A stretch of DNA of 64,000 bases from Octopus vulgaris (GCA_951406725.2 OX597822.1:104408001-104472000); one strand, 5' to 3'. Counted from the first letter of the stretch, positions 1 to 13,726 are shown. The notes: generated by a model from the letters alone, not told the origin. Program-made: numbers and translations.

Positions 1-224
1 TAGGAAGGTTGGGTTTCACTGGACTGTACTGTTGATAATTACCTGCGCTATTCAATCGAAGAAAGATTCAATTGTAACTGCTGAAGATTTTTCAAAACTG
101 GTTTCGTATCATGATCTTGGTTTTCTTAAGCATCGACGAATTAATTTCACTCTTAGTGTTCAGAATCAATTCGAACTAAGTATGTGTGTATGCATGTTTA
201 ACATAGATGTATACATGTATTTAT

Positions 225-229
225 CTGTG

Positions 230-298
<69 letters not shown>

Positions 299-373
299 TC
301 ATATACGTATATGACTATAAATACATACATATATATGCACATATGTGTGTGTATTTATGTTTGTGTGTAACTA

Positions 374-410
<37 letters not shown>

Positions 411-417
411 ACATATA

Positions 418-454
<37 letters not shown>

Positions 455-537
455 ACATATATATATGTATATATATATATATATATATATCTACATATAT
501 ATACTTGCATATATATATATATATATATATACATACT

Positions 538-595
<58 letters not shown>

Positions 596-700
596 CACAC
601 AAACATAAATACACGCAAACACATACACACACATATGTGCATGTATATGTATGTATGTATTTATATTCATATATATGTATGTATATATCTATATGCATAC
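225..700. repeat. (TA)n / (CA)n compound microsatellite
   Basis: Long TA dinucleotide runs with CA/TG interruptions; source of the YIYI ORFs. Confidence 0.95.
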
Positions 701-913
701 ACACACAAACTCATATACGTGGCATTGATTTTCTTCTTACAGTTATGGCCAGATGTTACGTCTCTCGTTTCTTTAGACAAGTGATAAATATATGGATGCA
801 GGGTCTGTACATAGTGCAAAAAAAAGGGATGGAGATGCAGTGAGGAACACTGCAATAGATGCCGATATGATGATAACGAGAGCAATAACTATACTCCGCC
901 ACACCTCTCCTCT

Positions 914-938
914 CCTGCTGCTGCTGCTGCTGCCGCTG

Positions 939-1034
<96 letters not shown>

Positions 1035-1046
1035 ATAATAATAATA
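914..1046. repeat. (CTG)n-(CTA)n-(TAA)n trinucleotide microsatellite
   Basis: Direct reading; (CTA)n resumes at about 1474-1533 beyond the SINE. Confidence 0.95.
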
Positions 1047-1468
1047 CTTATTTCTTTACAGCCCACAAGGGGCTACACACAGAAGTGGACAAACAAGGAC
1101 AGACAAACGGATTAAGCCGATTACATCGACCCCCAGTGCGTAACTGGTACTTAATTTATCGACCCCGAAAGGGATGAAAGGCAAAGTCGACCCCGGCGGA
1201 ATTTGAACTCAGAACGTAGCGGCAGACGAAATACCTATTTCTGTACTACCCACAAGGGGCTAAACACAGAGGGGGCAAACAAGGACAGACAAACGGATTA
1301 AGTCGATTACATCGACTCCCAGTGCGTAACTGGTACTTAATTTATCGACCCCGAAAGGATGAAAGGCAAAGTCGACCTCGGCGGAGTTTGAACTCAGAAC
1401 GTAGCGTCAGGTCGAAATACCGCTGAGCATTTCGCCCGGCGTGCTAACGATTCTGCCAGCTCGCCGCC
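1047..1468 (-). mobile_element. tRNA-derived SINE family A, one head plus two tandem bodies, inserted in (CTA)n
   Basis: Reverse complement of GGCGGCGAGCTGGCAGAA...GAGTTCAAATTCC (A/B-box-like)...GCCTTTCATCCTTTCGGGGTCGAT...AAAGAAATAG; more than 10 copies in the window. Confidence 0.9.
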
Positions 1469-1473
1469 TTTTG

Positions 1474-1533
<60 letters not shown>

Positions 1534-1589
1534 AAGTGATTGTAATAATATTGAGAATGATAAGGCCAACCAGCATGCGCAAGTGTATC

Positions 1590-1865
1590 GTTAGGAAACG
1601 TGAAAGTACGCAGGAGTATATTCCAGGGAGTACTCACTGCCTCTAATACTCTTCGTCATTATTTAATAGACCCTTCCACAAGTGTACTGAATAAATTCAA
1701 GTTTGCCTATGAGTTTACTAAAACGAAAGTACGAATAAAATATACATGGATGACCTCAAAGTATACACGAAATGTGGAAAAAAAGGCCTGGATTTTCTAA
1801 TCCAAACAGCAAGAATATTCAGCAAGTATATTGGAATGCAGTATGAGATGAATGAGTTTAGTGTT
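1590..1865 (+). pseudogene. Reverse transcriptase fragment of an R4/Dong-like non-LTR retrotransposon
   Basis: VKVRRSIFQG and YMDDLKVYTK...LIQTARIFSKYIGMQY match the RGIFQGD / YMDDLKL...VRIFSxDIGM motifs; frameshifted. Confidence 0.75.
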
Positions 1866-1991
1866 CATCACGAAAAGAGGTCGGAAGATAAACTCAGAAG
1901 ATGTAAAATTACAACCGAGGAAAACATTGAACGCCTTCCCCACTTAGTGATAAATGACAGGCGATTGACCATGTATCAAATAGCCAATACC

Positions 1992-2250
1992 TATTTCTTT
2001 ATTACCCACAAGGGGCTAAACACAGAGGGGACAAACAAGGACAGACATAGGTATTAAGTCGATTACATCGACCCCAGTTCGTAACTGGTACTTAATTTAT
2101 CGACCCCAGTTCGTAACTGGTACTTAATTTATCGACCCCGAAAGGATGAAAGGCAAAGTCGACCTCGGCGGAATTTGAACTCACAACGTAACGCAGACAA
2201 AATACCGCTAAGCATTTCGCCCGGCGTGCTAACGTTTCTGCCAGCTCGCC
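1992..2250 (-). mobile_element. SINE family A inside mariner
   Basis: Family A sequence; TSD agccaatacc (1982-1991) / agccagtacc (2251-2260); small internal tandem duplication. Confidence 0.9.
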
Positions 2251-2660
2251 AGCCAGTACCGTTAGCATAGCCCGTGCGAGAGAGTTGAGAACATCCTGCA
2301 CAATGAACTTAGCATGTCTAAATTTTCAGGTCGGTGGCCACCACATCTTGCAACACTTGATAAATGTGCACCAGGCTGATCACATCATGGGAAAATCTGA
2401 CATCCTTTGAAGCAGATGGAGCTGGTTTCCTTGAACTTTTCTTAAGTCAAGATAGGTGTTGGATTCATCACTTTGAGCCAAGGACAAAGAGGCAATCCAT
2501 ACAATGAAGACACGCCTCCTCGCCAGCCGCAAAGAAGACCAAGGTCGTCTCAACTGCAGGGAAGGTGATGGCCTCAGTGTTTCGAGATGTGAAAGGTATC
2601 GTGTTAATTGACATCTTCACCAATGGACGGTGCTATGCCAACTTCCTGAGGCAGATACGA

Positions 2661-2874
2661 GCGGTTAGCACGCCGGGCGAAATGCTTAGCGGTATTTCGT
2701 ATGTCGTTATGTTCTGAGTTCAAATTCCGCCGAGGTCGACTTTGCCTTTCATCCTTTCGGGGTCGATAGATTAAGTACCAGCTACGCACTGGGTTCGATA
2801 TAATCGACTTTATCCGTTTGTCTGTCCTTGTTTGTCCCTTCTATGTTTAGCCGCTTGTGGGTAATAAAGGAAAA
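2661..2874 (+). mobile_element. SINE family A (5'-clipped) inside mariner
   Basis: Family A sequence; TSD agatacga at 2653-2660 and 2875-2882. Confidence 0.88.
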
Positions 2875-3260
2875 AGATACGAATGGTTATCAAGACCAAA
2901 CGCCCAGGAAAAACTGATGAAAGGGGTCCTGTTTCATAAGAACAATTCTTCAGCACACAAGTCCTTGCTTTCAGTAGATGCATGCGTGACTGTGGCTTTG
3001 ACTTGGTTGATCAATTTCTCTATTCTGATTTTCCCAGCTTGAACAGCACTATTACAGCGATGGTGACACGCTGTTAATGACCTTTTTGACTAACAGGATG
3101 GAAGCCTCATCACCAATGGGATCCAAGCACTGCAACACCAATGGGAGAAGTCTGTGGACCGCAAGGGGGACTATGATGAAAAGTAAATCTCATTTGACCA
3201 CATCCCATGAGAGTATATTAGTCAGCCTGTGAATTCTTTAGTCTACTCTCTCTCTCTCGT

Positions 3261-3353
<93 letters not shown>

Positions 3354-3362
3354 CATATATAT

Positions 3363-3531
3363 AGGGAGAGTTCACAAAAAGGACATTAGTATTAGTATAA
3401 CGCTCAGGAATAGAAAAAGTCTTTTACGTTTCGAGCCTACGCTCTTCTACAGAAAGGGACACAGAAAAAATCAAGGAGAGAAACAAGGATAGGAAAAAAA
3501 TGTGTGTAGTGGCTACCGATCTATCATGGTG
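3363..3531 (-). mobile_element. Short TA-anchored element (family H1) with hammerhead-like motif at 3421-3456
   Basis: Four copies in the window; minus strand CTTT-CTGTAGA-A-GAGC-GTAG-GCTC-GAAA-CG-TA-AAAG; terminus abuts (TA)n. Confidence 0.75.
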
Positions 3532-3889
3532 ACTATGAGATTTTGTATAGCTGTATTAGTTTGAAGCTACAAACACTCTTTGCAATATACACTATTTCAA
3601 AATGAATTCATTGATTTTCCCTTCCTTCTGTAACATTCCCAAGGTTTTGATTATATCTTTTCTCCTCGATATGGGTGACAAGTAAATGAAGTCACATACA
3701 TCTAAAGACCTAGATATAATGCACTTAGGATAAAGAGTGTGTGAATAGACATAACGTCGTCCGTCATTTATTTAATACAGACTCTTGATTCGCTGAAGAC
3801 TAAGTAGGTAAATTATTTTAACTAAATCTGTATCGTTCTGAAATTAAATAATACGTAAAAAATCAATACCAATTACTATCAAATGCTAT

Positions 3890-4475
<586 letters not shown>

Positions 4476-4679
4476 ATCGTTAAAGATGTTAGTGGAGCGA
4501 CTATAGAAGGCAGTGATTTATACAATTCAGGTGTCGTTACTGAAATGCAATATATGTATTTAACTGCACAAATATACGCACCTATGCAACATGCGAATTT
4601 CGTATCTTACAGATATGCATATAGGTATGTTTACATCCTAAACGCCTCACATTTCAATACGTACATAAGTACATAGGTA

Positions 4680-5275
4680 CGTACGTATGTTTGTATGTAT
4701 GTATGTATGTATGTATGTATGTATGTATGTATGTATGTATGTATGTATGTATGTATGTATGTATGTATGTATGTATGTGTGTGTGTATGTATGTACGTAA
4801 TCTATAAGATTATAGGAAAGTAGGAAAAATTCCTGCATGAAAGATTATGGTGACAAGAAATCCAAAGTTGATTTTATACTAATTAAACATACCTGAAGAT
4901 TGGATACGTACGTACATACATACATACATAGATACATAAATACATACATACATGCATACATACATACATACATACATACATACATACATACATACATACA
5001 TACATACATACATACATGCATACATACATACATACATACACACATACACACATACATACATACATACATATACATACACATGCATACATACATACATATA
5101 TACATACATACATACATACATTTACAAATACATACATACATACATACATACATACATACATACATACATACATACACACATACATACACACATACATACA
5201 TACATACATACATACAAACACACATACATGCATACATACACACACATACACACACACATACATACATACATACGC

Positions 5276-5308
<33 letters not shown>

Positions 5309-5539
5309 CATACATACATACATACATTTACAAATACATACATACATACATACATACATACATACATACACACATACATACATACATACATACATACATA
5401 CATACATACATACATACATACATACATACATACATACATACATACATACATACATACATACATACATACATACATACATACATACATACATACATACATA
5501 CATACACACATACACACATACATACATACATACATACAC

Positions 5540-5572
<33 letters not shown>

Positions 5573-6700
5573 CATACATACATACATACATACATTTACA
5601 AATACATACATACATACATACATACATACATACATACACACATACATACACACATACATACATACATACATACAAACACACATACATGCATACATACACA
5701 CACATACACAAACACATACATACTCACATACATACACACATACATACATACATGCATAGATGCACGCAGAGATACGGGCATGAATATATATATATATATG
5801 CATATGTATATATACATATATAGAACTACTACATTTATATACATGAATATATATTTGTATATATTTATAAATATATATATCCAGTTATTTTCATATAAAT
5901 GTGTGCGTGTACATACATTCATACATACATACACACATGCATACACACATACATACATACATACACACATACATACATACATACATACATACACACATAC
6001 ATACATACACATACATACATACATACATACATACACACATACATACATACATACATACATACATACACACATACATACATACATACATACACACATACAT
6101 ACATACATACATACATACATACATACATACATACATACATACATACATACATACATACATACATAATACATACATACATGCACACATACATACATACATG
6201 CATACTACATACATACATACATACATACATACATACATACATACACACATACATACATACATGCATAGATGCACGCAGAGATACAGGCATGAATATATGT
6301 ATATATGCATATGTATATATACATATATAGAACTACTACATTTATATACATGAATATATATTTGTATATATTTATAAATATATATATCCAGTTATTTTCA
6401 TATAAATGTGTGCGTGTACATACATACATACATACATACATACACACACATATACATACATACATACACACACACATACATACGTACATACATACATACA
6501 CACATACATACATACATACACACATACATACATACATACATACACACATACATACACACACATACACACATACATACATGCATACATACACACATACATA
6601 CATACATACATACATACATACATACATACATACATACATACATACATACGTATAAATACATACATACACGTATGCGCACAAAAATATATACACACATATA
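4680..6700. repeat. (TATG)n / (CATA)n satellite block with higher-order duplications
   Basis: About 1.8 kb of CATA with recurring variants (catttacaaata at ~5119, 5325, 5593); a ~160-bp non-repetitive segment occurs at 5752 and 6261. Confidence 0.95.
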
Positions 6701-6929
6701 TATAATTTCGGTATCATGCATATTATTCTGACCGCGTCAGTGACAGGATTATAAGGTGCGTGATCAAGCTGCTAATAGTGGCCCCATCTCCTCAATTCCT
6801 TTCCAAGTGTGTCAACCTAAATCCTACCCCCAACCAAGTTTGACAGCTTAACGTCAAATATACAGGCAGCAAAAAAACCGCCATGAAAATTACATAAATG
6901 ATGGGGGCCTGTGCATACATATTGGCAGC

Positions 6930-6960
6930 AAATATATATATGTATCTATGAATGTATACA

Positions 6961-7031
<71 letters not shown>

Positions 7032-7098
7032 CAATATACACACACCTATACATATATATCTATATCTATATGCACTTATATATATATATATATATACA

Positions 7099-7193
<95 letters not shown>

Positions 7194-7357
7194 AATACAT
7201 ATATACATGTATATATATATAATTATACATATGTGTGTGTATGTATGTGTATATATATGTATATATGTATACATATATATATGTATATATGTATATATAT
7301 ATGTATATATGTACATATATATATATATATGTATATGTATATATATATGTATATGTA

Positions 7358-7422
<65 letters not shown>

Positions 7423-7575
7423 ATGTATATATATATATACATATATGTATATAATTATATATATGTGTGTGCGCGTGCATGTGTGTGTGTGTGCATGTGT
7501 GTGTGTGTGCATGTGTGTGTGTGTGTGCTTGTGCGTGTGTTTGTGTGTATGTGCGTGTGTATGTATGTGTGTGTT
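6930..7575. repeat. (CA)n/(TA)n/(TG)n compound microsatellite
   Basis: Direct reading. Confidence 0.95.
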
Positions 7576-7930
7576 AATAAAATGTCAACAGTTCTCGTAT
7601 CTCGCATCGTGTTTTTGATTTTTGTTTCGCCAAGTACTTTTCTATTCTACATCTGCAAGAGAATAAGGACGATTACTATAATTAGGTTGCCTCTCTGAGT
7701 CCCAGCGTTGCCTCGAAGTAAACCTTGTTGTTATTGTTCGCAATCAAACTGAATCTGATGGAAGCCGTTTCAAATATCACTGCCCCTTTGTTTTAATATC
7801 ACTTACTGTATTGTGGAATATATGCGATTTTAAAGCTGGTTGTGTATACGTGAAAATTTTCACTGGTATTTCACTAGTATTTCTTGTGGTTGACGAAGCA
7901 TGTGTTAGCTCTCTAATGCACACATTTTCT

Positions 7931-8343
7931 GGATCTTTTCGGTTTGAACGGCAGTTTTTTTTCTAGCGGTGTCATATGAAATTGTCACCCATAATTATGA
8001 CCCTAGTATCGATCTATTGCATTTCAATCTATTTTAGGGTTAGGGTGGGGGAAGGGTATCTTTTTTTTTCTTTCAGAAATGTAAATAAACTCAATTTGTT
8101 TCTTAAACGAGGGACATATTCATACGACACAGAATGTCTTTTTACCTCAAATACGTCAGTGATTGGTTGAAATTGCAGAAATTGAAGAAAACAACAACAA
8201 ATATCTTACAAACTATAGAATTTTCTCAATAAAGCCAAGAGAAAAAGATGTTTTATAAACACATTCTACCAGCATACGATGTTTAAAATGTTTTAGTTGC
8301 TTAGAAATTATGTTAAAAACTGCCGTTCAAACCGAAAAGATCC
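7931..8343. mobile_element. MITE with ~29-bp terminal inverted repeats
   Basis: GGATCTTTTCGGTTTGAACGGCAGTTTTT at 7931 and its reverse complement ending at 8343; flanks attttct / atttttct resemble a 7-8 bp TSD; no ORF. Confidence 0.88.
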
Positions 8344-8733
8344 ATTTTTCTATATATTGTCTATAGACAATTCTACGTCTCTTTTCACGCTCTCTTTCTA
8401 TCTGCCTATTCCACCCTGTCTTTCAGTTTCTGCAATATTTCTTCAGAGCACGTGCTGAACTAACATGATAGCCTTTTTCCCATTATTTCAGTAAAAATCT
8501 ATGTAGTTACATACAGTAAAATAAGGTGATGAGTTTTGCAGTCATAAATTTTCATGGATGTTTACAGTCGCCAATATTATGAGATACCTGTATATTATAG
8601 GTATACGAACAAATATCACCCATCAGTCAGTTTTCTGCTAGTAATTATACTGATACATACATACATACATACATACATACATACATACATACATACATAC
8701 GTACATACATACATACATACATACACACATACA

Positions 8734-8781
<48 letters not shown>

Positions 8782-9284
8782 TATATATTTAAAATGATCT
8801 AGTGCACCAATTTTCTAAATATTATAAAGTGAAAATCCGAACTACGCTTCGGAAGGATAATTTGATATATATAGAATACACAGCAATAACCATGAACATT
8901 TTCCAGTCTTATATGATCTCTTCAGCGAAGTTTAATGTGACGTGAAAGTAAATAGAAAGAACGGTGTCCACGTTTTACCGGTGTAAAATAGTATCGTCCT
9001 TCTTGTTTCTTTGAGAATCTGCTTTCACTTCTGCCGACGCAGCCATTATTGTTTTAATTAAAAAAAAAAAATCATAGTTGGTTCAACTATTTCATATGCC
9101 TTTGAACATACCAGTATGATAGAAATTATCTTCACATTACTCAAATAGGATTTTTGTATCATACTGTCAGTTTGTGAATTTCTCTAATGGAAATTTAGCC
9201 ACCAAAAATTTAAACCGTTTTATTTACCGTCAAATTCCAATGAGCAAAATTGTCAATAAACAATTCTCACTCATTTCGCACTAT

Positions 9285-9665
9285 CTCTTTTTTTTTCTAG
9301 TTTCAGCTCAGAGCTCTGGCCATGCTGATGCACCGCCGTTTTGCTACACTGTTATTACTAAGAACCTCCTCTAATATGTGGCACTTGGTGAAGAATGGGG
9401 TTTGATATTGCTACCCTGATTTTCATCTCTTGCCTTGAAGTAGGTTCATCTGGGACTCTCGACAGGAAGAGGTTCAGCTTTGATTAAAAAAACCCTACAT
9501 CTACTTTGTGCAAGTTCCTCAGACTCTTTGGGAAAATATAAAAAAGCTGTGAGCCCTTGAAACCGAGGCTGTTGCAGTAACTGGTCCTGAAGCGTGATGG
9601 CATTGTTGGGACCTTTGGCACTATGCAGTGTCGTCCCGTTCTAGCATTGGTGTAGCTTTCAGTGC
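9285..9665 (-). mobile_element. 3' end of a CR1/L2-type LINE (ORF2 C-terminus and 3' UTR)
   Basis: Minus strand reads NARTGRHCIVPKVP..SRFRTSYCNSLGFKGSQL..PKSLRNLHKVDVG..KLNLFLSRVPDEP; tail GGCGGTGCATCAGCATGGCC..GAGCTGAAACTAG-A-rich. Confidence 0.7.
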
Positions 9666-10038
9666 TACATTTTAATTTTGACTTGTATTCTTTCAGCCGT
9701 CTTCCATTTCCACCTATTACACATCCATCGACGAATATTTCAGGAATGTTCTGTGAAATAATTGGGAATGGTTAGCAGCAAAAGATAAGTTTTTGTCAAG
9801 CCGAGGTGATAACACTGTTCCATCTCTCTACTCATTTTCTCCACCCACTGTTCTTGGAAGGGCTTTGTGAGTAGAGTCCCAAGCACTTCCTCTATAAGGT
9901 CCTACCAAAAACAACCGCCATTACATCGTCTGGTTGGCTGGGTATCCGAGTGTGACTAACTGGGACTATCCAACCACATTCTCTCCCCCTCTCTCTCTCT
10001 CGCACACAGCCACACACACACAAACAGACAGACACATA

Positions 10039-10444
10039 TCTATAATATAAATTGGACATGGACGATCGTTATATTCTTTCTTGTCTTGAGGTTCACAGCC
10101 AAATGGCTGGGTAGATTCGCATGAAAAATGGCACACAGTGGAGACAGGTGCATAGATTGGAATGCGGTTTGGATTTTTTCCTAATCCTTATAATACCGAG
10201 AAAACCGATTAAAACTTTTCTAATGGAATTTCCCTCTTTCTTCTGCCATTAAAACAACCAGTTGCTTAGAAGCTGTTTTCTGACGGGGTGGGATCAGGAA
10301 ATTTTCATATATTTGGAGGCTCCGATCGAAACAGGGGACCCGAAATGATAAGATTGACAAACGCTGTTATAGATTATGCCTAACCGAAAACGATCACAGC
10401 CACATCATCCAAATAGACCGGGTGAAACCGGGCTTAGCTGCATG
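10039..10444 (+). mobile_element. Degenerate non-autonomous Helitron
   Basis: 5' A|TCTATAATATAAA; 3' hairpin CCGGGTGAAACCGG followed by a decayed CTAG|T (CATG|T). Confidence 0.55.
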
Positions 10445-10569
10445 TATATATATATATATATATATGTAAATATATATATATATATATATATATATTATCA
10501 CTGTGGAAACCATGTAGGCAGACGGTAAGAAGCTTTTGTTCGTCTTGAGGCTGATAGAGGTTCGTTGTA

Positions 10570-10650
10570 TTTCCTGATGAGAAGACGGCATAATGCAACC
10601 TTCATTCCTTCGGAATTAAGAATATGCAGTCTTCGAAACATATGTCGGAA
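10570..10650 (+). ncRNA. Type I hammerhead ribozyme within a ~205-bp element bracketed by (TA)n
   Basis: TTTC-CTGATGA-GAAGAC..GTCTTC-GAAA-CATATG-TC-GGAA; complete core, 6-bp stem II extended by GCATA/TATGC, palindromic stem III ACATATGT, GUC cleavage triplet. Confidence 0.8.
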
Positions 10651-10694
10651 GTAAAGGAATTTTGATAAAATCTTCGTTCGACTCCATTCTTTTC

Positions 10695-10750
<56 letters not shown>

Positions 10751-10752
10751 AA

Positions 10753-10910
10753 GTTGGGCTTCCACACAGTTTCCGTCTACCATATTCTCTCACTAGGCAT
10801 TAGTCAGTCTGGGGTTACAGTAGAAGACATTTAGAGAAAGCCTTGCGCGGTGGGACCGAACCCGAATTCACTTGGTTTAAAAAAGCAAGCTTCTTTACCA
10901 TGCAGCCATA
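10753..10910 (-). mobile_element. SINE family B, 5' half
   Basis: Matches the tRNA-like head and CAGTTTCCGTCTACC..TAGAAGACA of family B. Confidence 0.7.
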
Positions 10911-12415
10911 CATGTAAACTTGAAATCAAATTTCCTACACTGTAAATCCGAATCGTTGTCTTTACGCCAGAAATCAATATTTCAACAAGTATTTTGTTTG
11001 ACACAAATCTCTTTGCTCAGATTTTCCGTTCATTTAATTTCATTCTCTGATTAAAATGATATTAAGACCGAGAAAAATTTAACGCGAATGCGAAGAGTGA
11101 GAGTTGGGGGAAAACAGTTGAATACAACATACCCTACCATGCCAATACCATCCAGAGTGTGAACAAAATATATAGATGACATATTCTCACCCCGACCCAC
11201 CCCACACCTGGACTCCTGGCTTGTTTCTACCATTCCGTTGCATGACGTACCGTCATAATATGTCACCTTGCCATCTGCGACCCCCACCCCCAACCCTCCT
11301 CTCCAACCTCCGAGGAACTATTTTAAATATGTTAATGACTTCATTATAACAGGCTTAAGCTTCAACAATGAATAATTTGCACGCAGTTAAATAAAGATTA
11401 CCGAATACAGATTAAGATTGCTATTGGAAGGAAATAAAAAATGGGAACAAAATTTGTCGCGATAAGGAACAGAGGAGAGAATGCAGCGAAAGAGAGAGAG
11501 AAGAATAGATAGAGTGAAAGGGAGAAGGAGAAAGAGCGAAGGAGGGAGAGAAGAGTAAGACTATAAGAGTGAGAGAGAAAGGGAGAGAGAAAGAGGTGAC
11601 TAAAAGTAAGGGCAATGATAAATATTTTATCTATGTCGTTCGTTTTGACAATCAATATTTTCATTTCCTTTCATGTATAATCATGTGAAGTAGAGTGGTA
11701 CTAAAATATGAGAAACTTGTACACAGAGCCGTGTAATAGCGAGAATACACACACCCACACGCACTCACACACACACACACACACATACATGCGCACGCAT
11801 ATTCAAGTTGTAACTTGTAGAGCATACAATGCGGTATCTTTTTTGTTATATAAATGAATTGTCACAAAGTGCTCAAAATCATAAAATGTAAAAGTAATAA
11901 AAAAAAAACCTAGAGCTATATAAATATCTGTCAGGGTTATTGACAAGCAGCTAATAACTGTAGAGCAATGCTACAGAATATGACTGCAGGGTGTCGTCAA
12001 TATATGGCAACTCAATGAAATGGTATTGAGGTTTAGATATTTTCGTAGTTACAGACCAGTGAGATGTGTCCGGAGTGCAAGACCCTGACGTACAGAGAGA
12101 ACTGTGCAAATATACATATGATAAAAATACAGAAAACGATTGCAAAAAGGCTGAATAAAACACAGCAAAATGTCATTATGCAGAATTGCTGTGAGCTGTG
12201 TTTAATTTATGGTATTATAGCAGTTATATATATCTTATAACGCCCTGGAATCTCAGCGATGCTAAATGCTGTGTCTTATTCACTGTACCTTGTGTTGAGG
12301 CCTGCATTCAGTTTACGACATCCTAGATGGAGCAACACAGACCCTACACGTTTTATAACCGTGTTTGTGTGTGTGGTTGTGTGTGCATGTGTGTGTACAT
12401 ATATACGCATATATA

Positions 12416-12613
12416 TATATAAGAATTTTTTGCGTAATAAGATAAAAAAACCAAGGCCGTATAGATATTAGAGCATTTATTGATGGAAGGTCTTACAGTT
12501 GTTTCCAGGATATTAATTAATAAATATCCTAGAAACAGCTATAAGACCTATCTATAAATGCTCTAATATCTATACGGCCTTGGTTTTTTTATTACGCAAA
12601 AAATTCTTATATA
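12416..12613. repeat. ~200-bp near-perfect palindrome (fold-back element)
   Basis: TAAGAATTTTTTGCGTAATAA..CCAAGGCCGTATAGATATTAGAGCATTTAT mirrored by ATAAATGCTCTAATATCTATACGGCCTTGG..TTATTACGCAAAAAATTCTTA; centre near 12518. Confidence 0.9.
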
Positions 12614-12726
12614 CATACGCTGTATTACATACGCAATATTACCGAATCTGGAACTTAACTATGGTCTGTCTCTAGCACTTATTCAGCATTACCTGACACC
12701 TTTGGGTCTCAATGACACCATTATCT

Positions 12727-12776
<50 letters not shown>

Positions 12777-12861
12777 AATAAATATATATGCATACATACA
12801 AACATATATGTACGTACCGACATCTACATGTATATATACATGCATATATAAATATATATAT

Positions 12862-13090
12862 ACGTACAGGACATCACAAGAAGACGAAAAAATCAACAGA
12901 ACGAAAACGGAGAAGACATTTTGTTACAACAGAAGGACAGAGACGTGGAATAAGACGAAACGAAAACGAAAACGGGAAAAACAATTATGTGTAGCAGAAA
13001 AACGAAGTACAGGACATGCTACACAAGGAAAAATCCCCTTCATCAGCTGTCGCTAGCAGACACGTGTTTCGAAGGCAGAGACAGAACACG
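12862..13090 (-). mobile_element. TA-anchored element (family H2) with permuted hammerhead-like motif at 13035-13075
   Basis: Minus strand CTTC-GAAA-CACGTG-TC-(12 nt)-CTGATGA-A-GGGG; related copy at 39850-40035. Confidence 0.5.
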
Positions 13091-13506
13091 TAAGTCAAAG
13101 CTAGGCCTTCCTACGAGAGAATTAAAATAAAATAAACTCGTAGAGGGATAAACGAGCAAAAAAAATGTAACACAAAAAGGGACGTAACAAAGAACTGCAC
13201 AAAAAATACATACAAGAAAAAAATAATACAAAATTAAAGATACATGTACACGAAAATACATAACGAGAATTAAATTACAATACGAGAAATCAAAAATAAA
13301 CAAGAGAACAACGAAAAAGACGAACGGAAGCCTTTGTTCTGGCATGGACGAGAGGGTAACTGGCGAGCGCGAGGAAACATGACCTTATGGCCTGAATGCA
13401 ACAGGCGGAAAGGTTTAGCAGTGACGAAAGTGAGGAGGAGTAGGAGAGAGAGAGAGAGACAGATAGAGGAAGACACAGGCTAGAGAGAAGGGTGAGGTAG
13501 AGAGAG

Positions 13507-13571
<65 letters not shown>

Positions 13572-13691
13572 AAAGCAAAGGGAGAGAGTTTCGCATCATT
13601 GTAGTGAACTGTAAAAACGGACAAAGAGGAGGGAACGGAACGAAGTGAGATTTCGAAAAATCGAATATTCAAACGAACCCGACGCGAAGCG

Positions 13692-13726
<35 letters not shown>

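Larger units (their letters stand above)
1880..3250 (+). mobile_element. Decayed mariner transposase interrupted by two SINE A insertions
   Basis: TTEENIE..INDRRLT, MSKFSGRWPPHL (WVPHL-like), QDRCWIHHFEPRTKRQS, AGKVMASVFRDVKGIVLID, KRPGKLMKGVLFHKNN, GIQALQHQWEKSVDRKGDYDEK*; stops and frameshifts. Confidence 0.88.

Noticed and set aside
4845-6731. Long ORFs (up to 404 aa, HTYI/MYVC repeats)
   Set aside because: Translations of (CATA)n, which lacks stop codons; same for the YI, HT, CV and LS repeat ORFs throughout
8835-8930. Minus-strand CTGAAGA...GAAGCGTA near a (TA)n run
   Set aside because: Core incomplete and stems do not pair convincingly
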